From Gammaproteobacteria bacterium (GTDB lineage: Bacteria; Pseudomonadota; Gammaproteobacteria; GCA-001735895), in the NCBI GenBank assembly GCA_024763185.1, contig JANTFY010000001.1:1-55702 (forward strand): a stretch of 55,702 nucleotides of DNA, in the 5' to 3' direction. The translations under genes were made by a program, and so were the position numbers. Below, piece after piece: positions 19,425 to 28,543 of this stretch. The number at the start of each line of letters is the position of its first letter. Within the stretch, counting starts at the first letter, position 1. Under the pieces are notes generated by a model that saw nothing but the letters and a program-made list of their open reading frames with translations, searched no databases and was not told the DNA's origin.

Positions 19425-21860
19425 CTATCTCAGTCTCAGGGCATTTAGTACAACAATGAGGGAACTCAATGACATGCCGATCGCGGCCAGCCAGGGTTGT
19501 ATATACCCGGCCATCGAAAAAGGCACGGCTACTATATTATAAGCAATCGCCCAGGTAAAATTTTGCCGGATGATGCGCATCATCTTACGCGTAATGCCCA
19601 TGGCATCACATACCGGTTTGAGGTGAGCCCCATTGATAATCAGATCGGAACTGCCCCTGGCCAGGTCGGTTCCCATCGACATGGAGATGGATAAATCCGC
19701 TGCCGCCAGCACCGGTGCATCGTTGATACCGTCACCCACCATGGCCACCTTGTGGCCTGCAGACTGCAATTGCTTGACCTGGTTTAATTTATCATCCGGT
19801 AATTGCTCGGCAGCAAAATGAGTAATGCCGAGTTTAGCGGCTAAAGATTCGACATATAAGCGGCGATCGCCACTGAGGATGCGCACATCGATGCCCGCTT
19901 GTTGCAGTGCCCTTACAGTGTCGAGGGCATCCTCTTTTAAGGGGTCTGCAAAGGAAAAACTGGCCAGCCATTGCCCCTGTCGTGCCAGATGCACCACCTG
20001 GACATCATTCTCAAAGCCCTGGTTTTCGGGCAAGGGCGCGACCTCACTGATAAAAACAGCATTGCCAATGTAATAGCTTGTACCATCGATTTTACCCAGG
20101 ATACCCTGCCCTGCCTTGTTCTGTAACTGCTCAACCGGCAGCGTGTCGATATTATCACTGACCAGCGCTCGTGCCACCGGGTGTTCCGAATGAACTTCCA
20201 GGCTGTGCGCTATCTGTCGATAGTGGGCCGCCTGCTGCTCATCAGCACTGATTTGTTGTTGCAGTGCCAGTTCTCCCGAGGTCAGGGTACCTGTTTTATC
20301 GAAAATAATGGTGTCGATTTGCGGCATGACTTCCAACGCATGGGAGCGGGCAACCAGCATGCCATCGCGGGTCAAGGCACCGATGGCCGCGGACAGGGAG
20401 GCCGGCGTGGCCAGCGACAGGGCACAGGGACAGGTAACCACCAACGTGGCGACAACGACCTGCAACATTCTTGACGGGTCTATCTGCCACCAGAATATTC
20501 CAGCGATAATCACCAACACTAACAAAACAGACACAAACACACTGGCAACCCTATCGGCCAGTTTAGCCACTTCGGGTTTAAAACCCTGAGCCTGTTCAAT
20601 CAAACGTTTGATACCGGACAGCACGGTATCCTGACCCAGGCTATGCACTTTGAGCCTGATGGGCTGCTCCAGGTTGTAACTACCACCAATCAGGACATCA
20701 CCCTTGTGTTTACTGACCGCATGTTGTTCGCCGGTCAGCAGTGCTTCATCGACCAGCGCATGATCCGAGTCCAGTTCACCATCGGTGGGAATGACTTCAC
20801 CCGGTTTGACCAGGAAAAAATCATCCATTTCCAGTTCAACCGTGGGCACCACCTCGATGTTGCCATCAATGTTTATTCGGTTGGTCATGGTTGGCGTCAA
20901 ATTGGTCAGGGATTCAATTTTTTCAGCGGCTTTTTTGCGCGCCGAGAGTTCAAACAGGCGCACCGAAAGCAGCAAAAAAACAAACATCGCCACTGAATCG
21001 AAATAGACATCCGCTTCACCCGTCCAGGTATTGTAGCAACTGGCCGTGAAAGCCAGGGTCAGGCCGAGGGTAACCGGCACATCCATACCGGCGCGGCGCT
21101 GCTTCAGATCAGTCCAGGCGCCTTTAAAAAACGGCCGTGCCGAATAGAACATGATGGGCAGTGTCAATAACAGGCTCAGGTAACGAAAGAAGGTCTTGAA
21201 ACTGTCACTGATGCCCCACCAGTCACCTCCGTAAAGCGCCAGTGCAAACATCATGATCTGCATACCGAACAGACCAGCGATACCGATCTGGCGGATCAGC
21301 TGCTTGCGCTGGTTTTCATGAATTTGCTGTTGTGTTTCCGGATCGTAGGGATGAGCCATGTAGCCAATTTGCGAGATGGCTTCGAGGATTTCACTGAGCT
21401 TTATCTGTGTTTCATCCCAGCGAATATTGGCACGATGGGTTGAGTAATTGATACTGACTTCGACGATGCCTGGCAACTGGCGCAAGAACTGTTCATTCAA
21501 CCAGATGCAGGCCGCGCAGACGATGCCTTCAATAATCAGCGAGACCTGCTTGATGTTTTCCGATTCGTTGTGCACAAACTGTTGCTGCACGGCCGGATGA
21601 TCATACACCCGGATCTTGTTCAGAAACTCCGGAACCAGTTCCTGACCGGTAACCGCTTTTTCATCGCGAAAACGATAATAGTCGGCATTGCCCGACTGAA
21701 TGATGGCATTGGCCACGGCCTGGCAACCGGCGCAACACATGGGTTCGTCCACGCCGTTGATTTCCACGCTAAGTTGGCTACCCTGCAAAGGCAGGCCGCA
21801 ATGAAAACAGCTGTCCGATGATTCAGCGTCTGCTGGCATAATATTTGTCTTGGAAGGCAT
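19425..21860 (-). CDS. ccoI: Copper-translocating P1B-type ATPase CcoI/FixI
   Basis: The N-terminus is Cys-rich. The CPC motif (VTCPCAL), FDKTGTLT phosphorylation site and GDGINDAP hinge are all present. Confidence 0.9.
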   Translation of the reverse strand: MPSKTNIMPADAESSDSCFHCGLPLQGSQLSVEINGVDEPMCCAGCQAVANAIIQSGNADYYRFRDEKAVTGQELVPEFLNKIRVYDHPAVQQQFVHNESENIKQVSLIIEGIVCAACIWLNEQFLRQLPGIVEVSINYSTHRANIRWDETQIKLSEILEAISQIGYMAHPYDPETQQQIHENQRKQLIRQIGIAGLFGMQIMMFALALYGGDWWGISDSFKTFFRYLSLLLTLPIMFYSARPFFKGAWTDLKQRRAGMDVPVTLGLTLAFTASCYNTWTGEADVYFDSVAMFVFLLLSVRLFELSARKKAAEKIESLTNLTPTMTNRINIDGNIEVVPTVELEMDDFFLVKPGEVIPTDGELDSDHALVDEALLTGEQHAVSKHKGDVLIGGSYNLEQPIRLKVHSLGQDTVLSGIKRLIEQAQGFKPEVAKLADRVASVFVSVLLVLVIIAGIFWWQIDPSRMLQVVVATLVVTCPCALSLATPASLSAAIGALTRDGMLVARSHALEVMPQIDTIIFDKTGTLTSGELALQQQISADEQQAAHYRQIAHSLEVHSEHPVARALVSDNIDTLPVEQLQNKAGQGILGKIDGTSYYIGNAVFISEVAPLPENQGFENDVQVVHLARQGQWLASFSFADPLKEDALDTVRALQQAGIDVRILSGDRRLYVESLAAKLGITHFAAEQLPDDKLNQVKQLQSAGHKVAMVGDGINDAPVLAAADLSISMSMGTDLARGSSDLIINGAHLKPVCDAMGITRKMMRIIRQNFTWAIAYNIVAVPFSMAGYIQPWLAAIGMSLSSLIVVLNALRLR

Positions 21861-22330
21861 TAAAAAATTAAACTAAAAAAACATCATCGCAAAATGAGTC
21901 GATAAGTTAACAGACTCAATCTCAGTCATCATCCGGGATTCCAGCCCCATCATCGACAGGCCCATCATCGACAGGGATGGTAAAAGTTAGCCCGTAAAAA
22001 GATTTCACAGGCCATTGCCCTGCCATTGTGATTGACTGAGTCCTGGTCCTGCGCGGACTCTGAGCTGATTACTATGGCACTTTCCATCAGTGCTTGGCAA
22101 ATGCGCAGTAGAGAGGTGCTCTCAACAAAACCTGGTACGGAGTTTTACTTTCAAACAGATTTTCCCAATAATCATAAATTTGCTGTTATTTTTGAGTGCC
22201 TGCCGGGCACTCTAACAAAAATTAAACAGCCATAGTGTGCAGAAGATGCCTGAGCTTTAGCTGCTTAACGATCAAGCACAGCCACATCCATTTTATTAAA
22301 AAATGATTAATTCAGGTTAGCCATTTTCCT

Positions 22331-22346
22331 TTGCATTTTAGTGCAA
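22331..22346. promoter_or_regulatory. Palindrome TTGCA-N6-TGCAA upstream of ccoN, a candidate regulator site
   Basis: ttgcattttagtgcaa is centred about 68 nt upstream of the ccoN ATG. A tataac -10-like hexamer lies about 25 nt downstream of it. This is not the canonical FNR box. Confidence 0.25.
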
Positions 22347-22406
22347 AACCGACGACAATATAACAATATTCTAACCTTCTAATCTATCGACCTGGAATTT
22401 TCTTTT

Positions 22407-23834
22407 ATGTCTGATCTCGCTTCTTCAGAACAGTACAACTACAAGGTTGTCCGGCAATTTGCCATCATGACTATTGTCTGGGGCATCATCGGCATGGCTG
22501 TAGGTGTCACTATAGCTGCTCAACTGGCCTGGCCGGTATTAAACTTTGACCTGCCTTGGTTTTCATTCGGCCGCCTGCGCCCCCTGCATACCAATGCGGT
22601 TATCTTTGCTTTTGGCGGATCCGCTCTGTTTGCCACATCCTATTACGTGGTACAGCGCACCTGTTATACGTCGTTGTTTTCGCCCAGGCTTGCCTCTTTC
22701 ACCTTTTGGGGCTGGCAGGCCATTATTCTGGCGGCCATCATCACCTTGCCCCTGGGATATACCTCCAGCAAGGAATACGCTGAACTGGAGTGGCCTATCG
22801 ACCTGTTGATTGGCGCGGTCTGGGTCTCTTACGCAGTGGTTTTTTTCGGCACTATCGTCAAACGCAAGGTTAAACATATTTACGTTGCCAACTGGTTTTA
22901 CGGCGGTTTTATTATCACTGTTGCCGTGCTGCATATTTTTAACAGCATGGCGCTACCGGTAGGCCCCCTGAAATCCTATTCCATGTATTCCGGAGTGCAG
23001 GATGCCATGATCCAGTGGTGGTATGGGCACAACGCGGTGGGCTTTTTCCTGACAGCCGGATTCCTGGGCATCATGTACTACTTTATTCCTAAACAGGCAA
23101 ACCGTCCTGTTTATTCCTATCGCTTGTCGGTGGTCCACTTCTGGGCATTATCCTTTACCTATATCTGGGCAGGTCCGCACCACCTGCACTTCACAGCGCT
23201 ACCTGACTGGACCCAGTCTCTCGGCATGGTCATGTCATTGATTTTGCTGGCACCCAGCTGGGGTGGCATGATCAACGGCATCATGACCTTATCAGGCAGC
23301 TGGGAAAAACTACGCTCCGATCCGATCCTCAAATTCCTCATCGTTTCGGTGTCGTTTTATGGCATGTCCACTTTTGAAGGCCCGATGATGGCGATCAAAA
23401 CGGTCAATGCACTGTCTCATTACACCGACTGGACCATCGGTCACGTACATTCCGGAGCCCTGGGCTGGGTGGCGTTTATCTCCATTGGCTCCATGTATTA
23501 TCTGATTCCACGTTTATTCAATCGCGAGATTTATAACACCAAGCTTGTCGAGACCCATTTCTGGATCGCGACTATTGGTGTGGTGTTGTACATCGCGGCC
23601 ATGTGGATATCCGGTGTTATGCAGGGCCTGATGTGGCGCGCGATTAACGATGACGGCACCCTGACTTACAGTTTCGTGGAATCGGTGTCGGCCATGCATC
23701 CTTTTTACGTAATTCGTTTTCTGGGCGGAGCACTGTTCCTCACCGGCATGGTGATTATGGCTTACAACCTGGCTAAAACCATAGCAGGCGCCAAGCCTGC
23801 GGTTGCTGAAGTCCCAGTCCCTGTGGCGCATTAG
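22407..23834 (+). CDS. ccoN: cbb3-type cytochrome c oxidase subunit I
   Basis: The 475 aa polytopic heme-copper oxidase shows a CcoN-type pattern ([39 protein letters not shown]). Confidence 0.95.
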   Translation: MSDLASSEQYNYKVVRQFAIMTIVWGIIGMAVGVTIAAQLAWPVLNFDLPWFSFGRLRPLHTNAVIFAFGGSALFATSYYVVQRTCYTSLFSPRLASFTFWGWQAIILAAIITLPLGYTSSKEYAELEWPIDLLIGAVWVSYAVVFFGTIVKRKVKHIYVANWFYGGFIITVAVLHIFNSMALPVGPLKSYSMYSGVQDAMIQWWYGHNAVGFFLTAGFLGIMYYFIPKQANRPVYSYRLSVVHFWALSFTYIWAGPHHLHFTALPDWTQSLGMVMSLILLAPSWGGMINGIMTLSGSWEKLRSDPILKFLIVSVSFYGMSTFEGPMMAIKTVNALSHYTDWTIGHVHSGALGWVAFISIGSMYYLIPRLFNREIYNTKLVETHFWIATIGVVLYIAAMWISGVMQGLMWRAINDDGTLTYSFVESVSAMHPFYVIRFLGGALFLTGMVIMAYNLAKTIAGAKPAVAEVPVPVAH

Positions 23835-23847
23835 GAGGAAAACGACG

Positions 23848-24456
23848 ATGTCACTACAAGCAAATGTTGAAAAGAATATCGGGCTGTTGATCATACTGAC
23901 CATCTGCGTGATCAGTGTCGGTGGCCTGGTACAGATCGTTCCCCTGTTTTTCCAGACCAGTACCACGCTACCGGTCGAGGGCCTGAAACCTTATACTGCA
24001 CTGCAACTGGCCGGGCGCGATATCTATATCCGCGAAGGTTGTGTCGGCTGCCATTCACAAATGGTGCGCCCATTCCGGGCTGAAACCGAGCGCTACGGAC
24101 ACTATTCCACCGCCGGTGAGTATATTTATGACCGTCCTTTCCTGTGGGGCTCCAAGCGTACCGGACCTGACCTGCACCGTGTCGGGCAACGTTATTCTGA
24201 TGCCTGGCACATCGCGCACCTGACCAATCCACGTGATGTCGTGCCTGAATCCATCATGCCATCCTACCCCTGGCTGGCGGAAAATGATCTGGATGAGAGC
24301 GTCATTCAACAACGCATGGAAGGTTTGCGTTACCTGGGCCACCCTTATACGGATGAAGAGATCAATAAAGCGGCTGAAGACTTGAAAGGCAAAAAGGAAA
24401 TCGATGCCGTTGTGGCCTATCTGCAGTCGCTTGGCACCGCTCTGAAGGGTATTTAA
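23848..24456 (+). CDS. ccoO: cbb3-type cytochrome c oxidase subunit II (monoheme)
   Basis: The heme site is [12 protein letters not shown]. An AGGAGG SD precedes ATG 23848. The track ORF begins upstream at 23803, inside ccoN. Confidence 0.93.
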   Translation: MSLQANVEKNIGLLIILTICVISVGGLVQIVPLFFQTSTTLPVEGLKPYTALQLAGRDIYIREGCVGCHSQMVRPFRAETERYGHYSTAGEYIYDRPFLWGSKRTGPDLHRVGQRYSDAWHIAHLTNPRDVVPESIMPSYPWLAENDLDESVIQQRMEGLRYLGHPYTDEEINKAAEDLKGKKEIDAVVAYLQSLGTALKGI

Positions 24457-24458
24457 TC

Positions 24459-24647
24459 ATGTCCAGTTTAATGCATTCCATCTGGACCGTTATCGTCTTT
24501 ATCGTATTTATCGGCATCGTGTTATGGGCTTACAGTGGTCGCCGTAAAAAAGACTTTGATGAAGCTGCCAGACTGGTTCTGGATGACGACAAACCGCTGT
24601 CTTCCGAAAACAAGACAAACAAACAAAATTCCGAGGAGCAATCCTGA
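24459..24647 (+). CDS. ccoQ: cbb3-type oxidase small subunit CcoQ
   Basis: The 62 aa single-TM protein lies between ccoO and ccoP. It overlaps ccoP through TGATG. Confidence 0.8.
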   Translation: MSSLMHSIWTVIVFIVFIGIVLWAYSGRRKKDFDEAARLVLDDDKPLSSENKTNKQNSEEQS

Positions 24648-25549
24648 TGTCAGATTTTTTTAGTTCATTCTGGACACTTTTTATTTCAGCCGGCACCCTG
24701 GGCGGCATCGGCTGGATGATTTATTTGCTGATCACCAATTCCACTACCAAGGCTCCACCTCCCGGAGAAGACGTCAAATCCACCGGTCATGAATGGGATG
24801 GGATTGAAGAACTGAACAACCCATTGCCGTTCTGGTGGGTGGCGATGTTTTACCTCACCATCTTTTTTGGCCTGGGTTACCTGGTTTTCTATCCTGGCCT
24901 GGGTGCTGCCAAAGGCATACTGGGCTGGAGTAGCGCGGCTGAACACTCAGCTGAGGTAGCCCTTGCTGAGGAAAAATTCGGCCCGATTTATCAACAATAT
25001 GCCAGCATCGATATCGTTGAACTGGCCAAAGATGACAAGGCGAACCGCACCGGTGGCCGTTTGTTTGCGACCTACTGTTCGGTGTGCCATGGCTCTGATG
25101 CCCGCGGTGCGCGTGGTTTCCCCAACCTGACCGATGATGACTGGCTGTACGGCGGAACACCCGAACAGATAAAAACGACCATCATGAATGGCCGCCAGGG
25201 AGCCATGCCCGCGTGGAAAGCCAGCCTCGGAGATGAGGGTGTCAGAAATGTAGCCTCTTATGTCATGAGCCTGTCTGGCCGGGAAGCGCCGGCAGAAGAA
25301 ATCGCAGCAGGTCAGAAAACTTTTTCAACCATGTGTGCCGCCTGTCACCAGGCCGATGGAACCGGCATGCATGCACTGGGTGCTCCCAATTTAACCGATA
25401 ATACATGGCTTTATGGTTCCAGTCGTGGCTATATTGAACAAACCATAGCAAACGGCCGTAAAGGTATTATGCCCCCGCACAAAGAGCTTCTGGGCGAAAA
25501 TAAAGTACATATTCTGGCGGCATATATTTATAGCTTGAACCAAAAATAA
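24647..25549 (+). CDS. ccoP: cbb3-type cytochrome c oxidase subunit III (diheme)
   Basis: An N-terminal TM segment is followed by two CxxCH sites (CSVCHG, CAACHQ). Confidence 0.92.
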   Translation: MSDFFSSFWTLFISAGTLGGIGWMIYLLITNSTTKAPPPGEDVKSTGHEWDGIEELNNPLPFWWVAMFYLTIFFGLGYLVFYPGLGAAKGILGWSSAAEHSAEVALAEEKFGPIYQQYASIDIVELAKDDKANRTGGRLFATYCSVCHGSDARGARGFPNLTDDDWLYGGTPEQIKTTIMNGRQGAMPAWKASLGDEGVRNVASYVMSLSGREAPAEEIAAGQKTFSTMCAACHQADGTGMHALGAPNLTDNTWLYGSSRGYIEQTIANGRKGIMPPHKELLGENKVHILAAYIYSLNQK

Positions 25550-25568
25550 CCAAAGGGTGAGACATTAA

Positions 25569-25856
25569 ATGGCTGACAACAATGCACAGGCAAACAAAGG
25601 CGGTATACCGACTATCCAGAAATTTATCGCTATACTCTGGCCCTCCTTTTTAGGGGCCGGTATCCAGACCATCATTTTTTTCACGCTGTTTGATCCCTTG
25701 AATGTATTTACAGAATACGAGGTTAGCCGACTGGGTGCTTACTCAATCGGCTTCTTCCTTTTCTGGGGCTTTGCGATTATCCCCTGTATTCTAACCATGT
25801 ATTTTGCAAAACCCTGCGCAGTCTACAGGGAAGAGCTGGGTCAGGATAAAAACTGA
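25569..25856 (+). CDS. Small hypothetical membrane protein between ccoP and ccoG
   Basis: The 95 aa product has two or three predicted hydrophobic helices and a GGGTGAG SD-like sequence upstream. I recognise no family. Confidence 0.55.
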   Translation: MADNNAQANKGGIPTIQKFIAILWPSFLGAGIQTIIFFTLFDPLNVFTEYEVSRLGAYSIGFFLFWGFAIIPCILTMYFAKPCAVYREELGQDKN

Positions 25857-25893
25857 GCATTACCTAATTTTTTAATTTTTATAGTTAACTGTT

Positions 25894-27315
25894 ATGACTG
25901 ACAATTCCCAGGCTGCTACTGCTGATAAAGTAGCCAGTGCCGATTCCACAGATCAGGAACTTTATCAAAAAAGGAAAAAGATCTACCCCCGTGAGGTGCA
26001 TGGCCTGTTTGCCGGACTACGCACGGCCGGCGTCACAACGCTGCTGGGTCTTTTTTACATCATGCCGTGGATTTTATGGGATGGACGCCAGGCGGTACTG
26101 TTTGATTTACCGGAACGCAAGTTCTACATCCTGGGAATGATTTTTTGGCCACAGGATTTTATCTACCTGACCATGCTGCTGGTCATCGCCGCGCTCTCTC
26201 TGTTCTTTTTTACCGCACTGGCGGGACGTCTATGGTGCGGATATGCCTGTCCGCAAACGGTCTGGACCGAGGCTTTCCTTTGGATAGAACGCAAGATTGA
26301 AGGAAGTCGTTCTCAGCAGATGAAGCTGGACAAAATGTCCCTGAACAAGCACAAGTTCATCAAGAAATTCACCAAGCATTTTATCTGGATTGCTTTCTCT
26401 TTGTTTACGGGGCTGACATTTGTAGGTTATTTCACCCCCATTCGTGAACTGGCAGCTTCCATTCCGACCTTTGCTTTTGGTCCCTGGGAAATGTTCTGGA
26501 TTATATTTTATGGCTTCGCCACCTACGGTAATGCCGGCTGGATGCGTGAGCAGGTGTGTACCTATATGTGCCCCTATGCCCGCTTCCAGAGTGCAATGTT
26601 CGATAAAAACACGCTGATTATTTCCTATGATGAAAAGCGTGGTGAACCTCGTGGCAGCCGCAAACGTGGTGTTTCCCCGCAAGAATCCGGTCTCGGTAGC
26701 TGTGTTGATTGCTCGATCTGCGTCCAGGTCTGTCCCACCGGTATCGACATCCGCGATGGTCTGCAGTATCAATGCATCGGCTGCGCAGCCTGTATCGATG
26801 CCTGTGATGATGTCATGGATAAAATGGGTTACGAAAAGGGTCTGATTAAATACACCACCGAAAACCGGTTGGAGGGGCATCACACAAAACTCCTGCGCCC
26901 GCGCATCATCCTGTATGCCCTGATATTGATTGCCATCACGATCGGTACCGGGATTGGTATTTACAATCGTTCTGTGCTGGAACTCGATATCATACGCGAT
27001 CGAAATTCGCTGTTCCGCGAAACCGGCTTGGGCATGATTGAAAACGTTTATACACTGAAAGTGATCAACAAGGACATCGTCGGCCATGAGTTTAAACTCA
27101 GTGTCGAAGGCCTCAAGGATATCAAGTTGACGCAACAGAAAGAGACTATCTTCGTCGAGTCAGGGGATGTGCTTGAGGTCCCTGTCAGTATTGAGGCCGA
27201 TCCTGATAAGCTGGAAAAACGTACTTCCGAAATCTTCTTCAAACTAGAGGCCGTTGACACTGATCTGAACACGGTAGAAGAAGCCCGTTTCCTTGGCCCC
27301 AGGCCCATGCGATAA
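25894..27315 (+). CDS. ccoG: cbb3 oxidase accessory ferredoxin-type protein CcoG/FixG
   Basis: The CGYACPQ motif and two 4Fe-4S motifs (CVDCSICVQVCP, CIGCAACIDAC) are followed by a C-terminal Ig-like domain. Confidence 0.9.
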   Translation: MTDNSQAATADKVASADSTDQELYQKRKKIYPREVHGLFAGLRTAGVTTLLGLFYIMPWILWDGRQAVLFDLPERKFYILGMIFWPQDFIYLTMLLVIAALSLFFFTALAGRLWCGYACPQTVWTEAFLWIERKIEGSRSQQMKLDKMSLNKHKFIKKFTKHFIWIAFSLFTGLTFVGYFTPIRELAASIPTFAFGPWEMFWIIFYGFATYGNAGWMREQVCTYMCPYARFQSAMFDKNTLIISYDEKRGEPRGSRKRGVSPQESGLGSCVDCSICVQVCPTGIDIRDGLQYQCIGCAACIDACDDVMDKMGYEKGLIKYTTENRLEGHHTKLLRPRIILYALILIAITIGTGIGIYNRSVLELDIIRDRNSLFRETGLGMIENVYTLKVINKDIVGHEFKLSVEGLKDIKLTQQKETIFVESGDVLEVPVSIEADPDKLEKRTSEIFFKLEAVDTDLNTVEEARFLGPRPMR

Positions 27316-27333
27316 CCTGTCGGATCTATTGTC

Positions 27334-27834
27334 ATGAAAAATCAATCCTGGATTCGAAACCCGATGGTGTGGATGGTGATTTTCTTCCCCAGCCTCGCGG
27401 TTGTGGGTGGCATCACCACCATCATCATCGCGCTTAATACCGAAGATGGCCTGGTGGTTGATGACTATTACAAGCAGGGACTGCAGATCAACCAGGTTAT
27501 CAATCACGATGAAATGGCCCGGCAACTGGGTTTGCGAGCCTTTGTCGATATCAATGCCAAGTCCGGACAGATGCTGGTATCTTTGTCGGCCGAAGGTGAT
27601 TTGAAACTGCGTGAAGAAATCACCTTTAAACTGATTCACCGAACCCGTTCCGGTCAGGATCAGATCACGACCTTAAGCCGGGTTAAAGACAGCGCTGATT
27701 ATCGAGGTTACCTGAAACCGCCCATTATTGAAGGACGCTGGACTATCCAGATTTCCGCAGAAAACGAATGGCGTCTGAAACAAAACCTTACCACGAAAAA
27801 CGCAGAACACATCCTGATGAATATTACCTCATAA
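27334..27834 (+). CDS. ccoH: FixH/CcoH family protein
   Basis: An N-terminal TM segment is followed by DDYYKQG, typical of FixH. It lies directly after ccoG. Confidence 0.85.
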   Translation: MKNQSWIRNPMVWMVIFFPSLAVVGGITTIIIALNTEDGLVVDDYYKQGLQINQVINHDEMARQLGLRAFVDINAKSGQMLVSLSAEGDLKLREEITFKLIHRTRSGQDQITTLSRVKDSADYRGYLKPPIIEGRWTIQISAENEWRLKQNLTTKNAEHILMNITS

Positions 27835-27835
27835 C

Positions 27836-28519
27836 ATGCTCAGCGCGACCCTGTTATCGGCGTTATTGATGGGGCTTATAGGATCGACCCACTGCGTGGG
27901 CATGTGCGGCGGCATTATCAGTACCCTGAGCACCAATTTCAACAATAAATCCCAAGCCCAGTCCTTTTCCATACAGCTTTTTTACAACCTGGGTCGAATC
28001 ACCACCTATGCTTTTATCGGCTTGCTGATCGGTTTTTTCTCCAGCAGTCTGATGGAATTGCTGCCCAACCCGCATGCCTTTTCGATGCAGATAGCCGGTA
28101 TCTTTTTTATTTTACTGGGACTGTATATCAGCCAGTTATTGAACAGCTTTAAATATTTTGAAGCCGCCGGTCAAAAACTGTGGATCAGGATCGAACCCTT
28201 CGGTCGCAAATACCTGCCGGCTTCCAGTAACTGGAATGCCCTGAAACTCGGCCTGGTCTGGGGCTGGCTACCCTGTGGGCTGGTCTACTCTGCACTGGCA
28301 CTGGCCATGACCCAGTTGAACCCGTTGCATTCCGCGCTGACCATGCTGGTGTTTGGCATCGGAACCCTGCCGACGTTATTGCTGATCGGGCATTTCGCAA
28401 AAAATGTAAAAATGATCCTGCAAAACAAATCGGTACGCATCGGACTTGGCCTCATGCTGATTACCTACGGTATCAGCCAGGTGGCCGGGTATTCTGTTTT
28501 TATGATGCACGATCACTAG
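27836..28519 (+). CDS. DsbD_2/TauE-like membrane protein, often annotated as sulfite exporter TauE/SafE family
   Basis: The HCVGMCGG motif sits in the first TM segment of a six-TM protein. Its position after ccoH is common in cco accessory clusters. Confidence 0.8.
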   Translation: MLSATLLSALLMGLIGSTHCVGMCGGIISTLSTNFNNKSQAQSFSIQLFYNLGRITTYAFIGLLIGFFSSSLMELLPNPHAFSMQIAGIFFILLGLYISQLLNSFKYFEAAGQKLWIRIEPFGRKYLPASSNWNALKLGLVWGWLPCGLVYSALALAMTQLNPLHSALTMLVFGIGTLPTLLLIGHFAKNVKMILQNKSVRIGLGLMLITYGISQVAGYSVFMMHDH

Positions 28520-28543
28520 AGCTGGCTGGCAACCTTTATTTTT

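Noticed and set aside
22032-22235. A 67-aa ORF in the ccoI-ccoN control region
   Set aside because: It has a non-ATG (TTG) start, no SD, unremarkable composition and no motif. It is more likely regulatory DNA.
21861-22406. A search for a canonical FNR/Anr box (TTGAT-N4-ATCAA) or CRP box upstream of ccoN
   Set aside because: Only isolated half-sites are present, for example ATCAA at about 22272 and TGTGA at about 22028, with no matching partner at the correct spacing.
26230-27135. A 301-aa ORF antisense to ccoG
   Set aside because: It lies entirely within, and opposite to, a gene with unmistakable CcoG Fe-S motifs. Its translation is low-complexity (rich in T, G, A and D) with no start context or recognisable motif. 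It is a typical shadow ORF.
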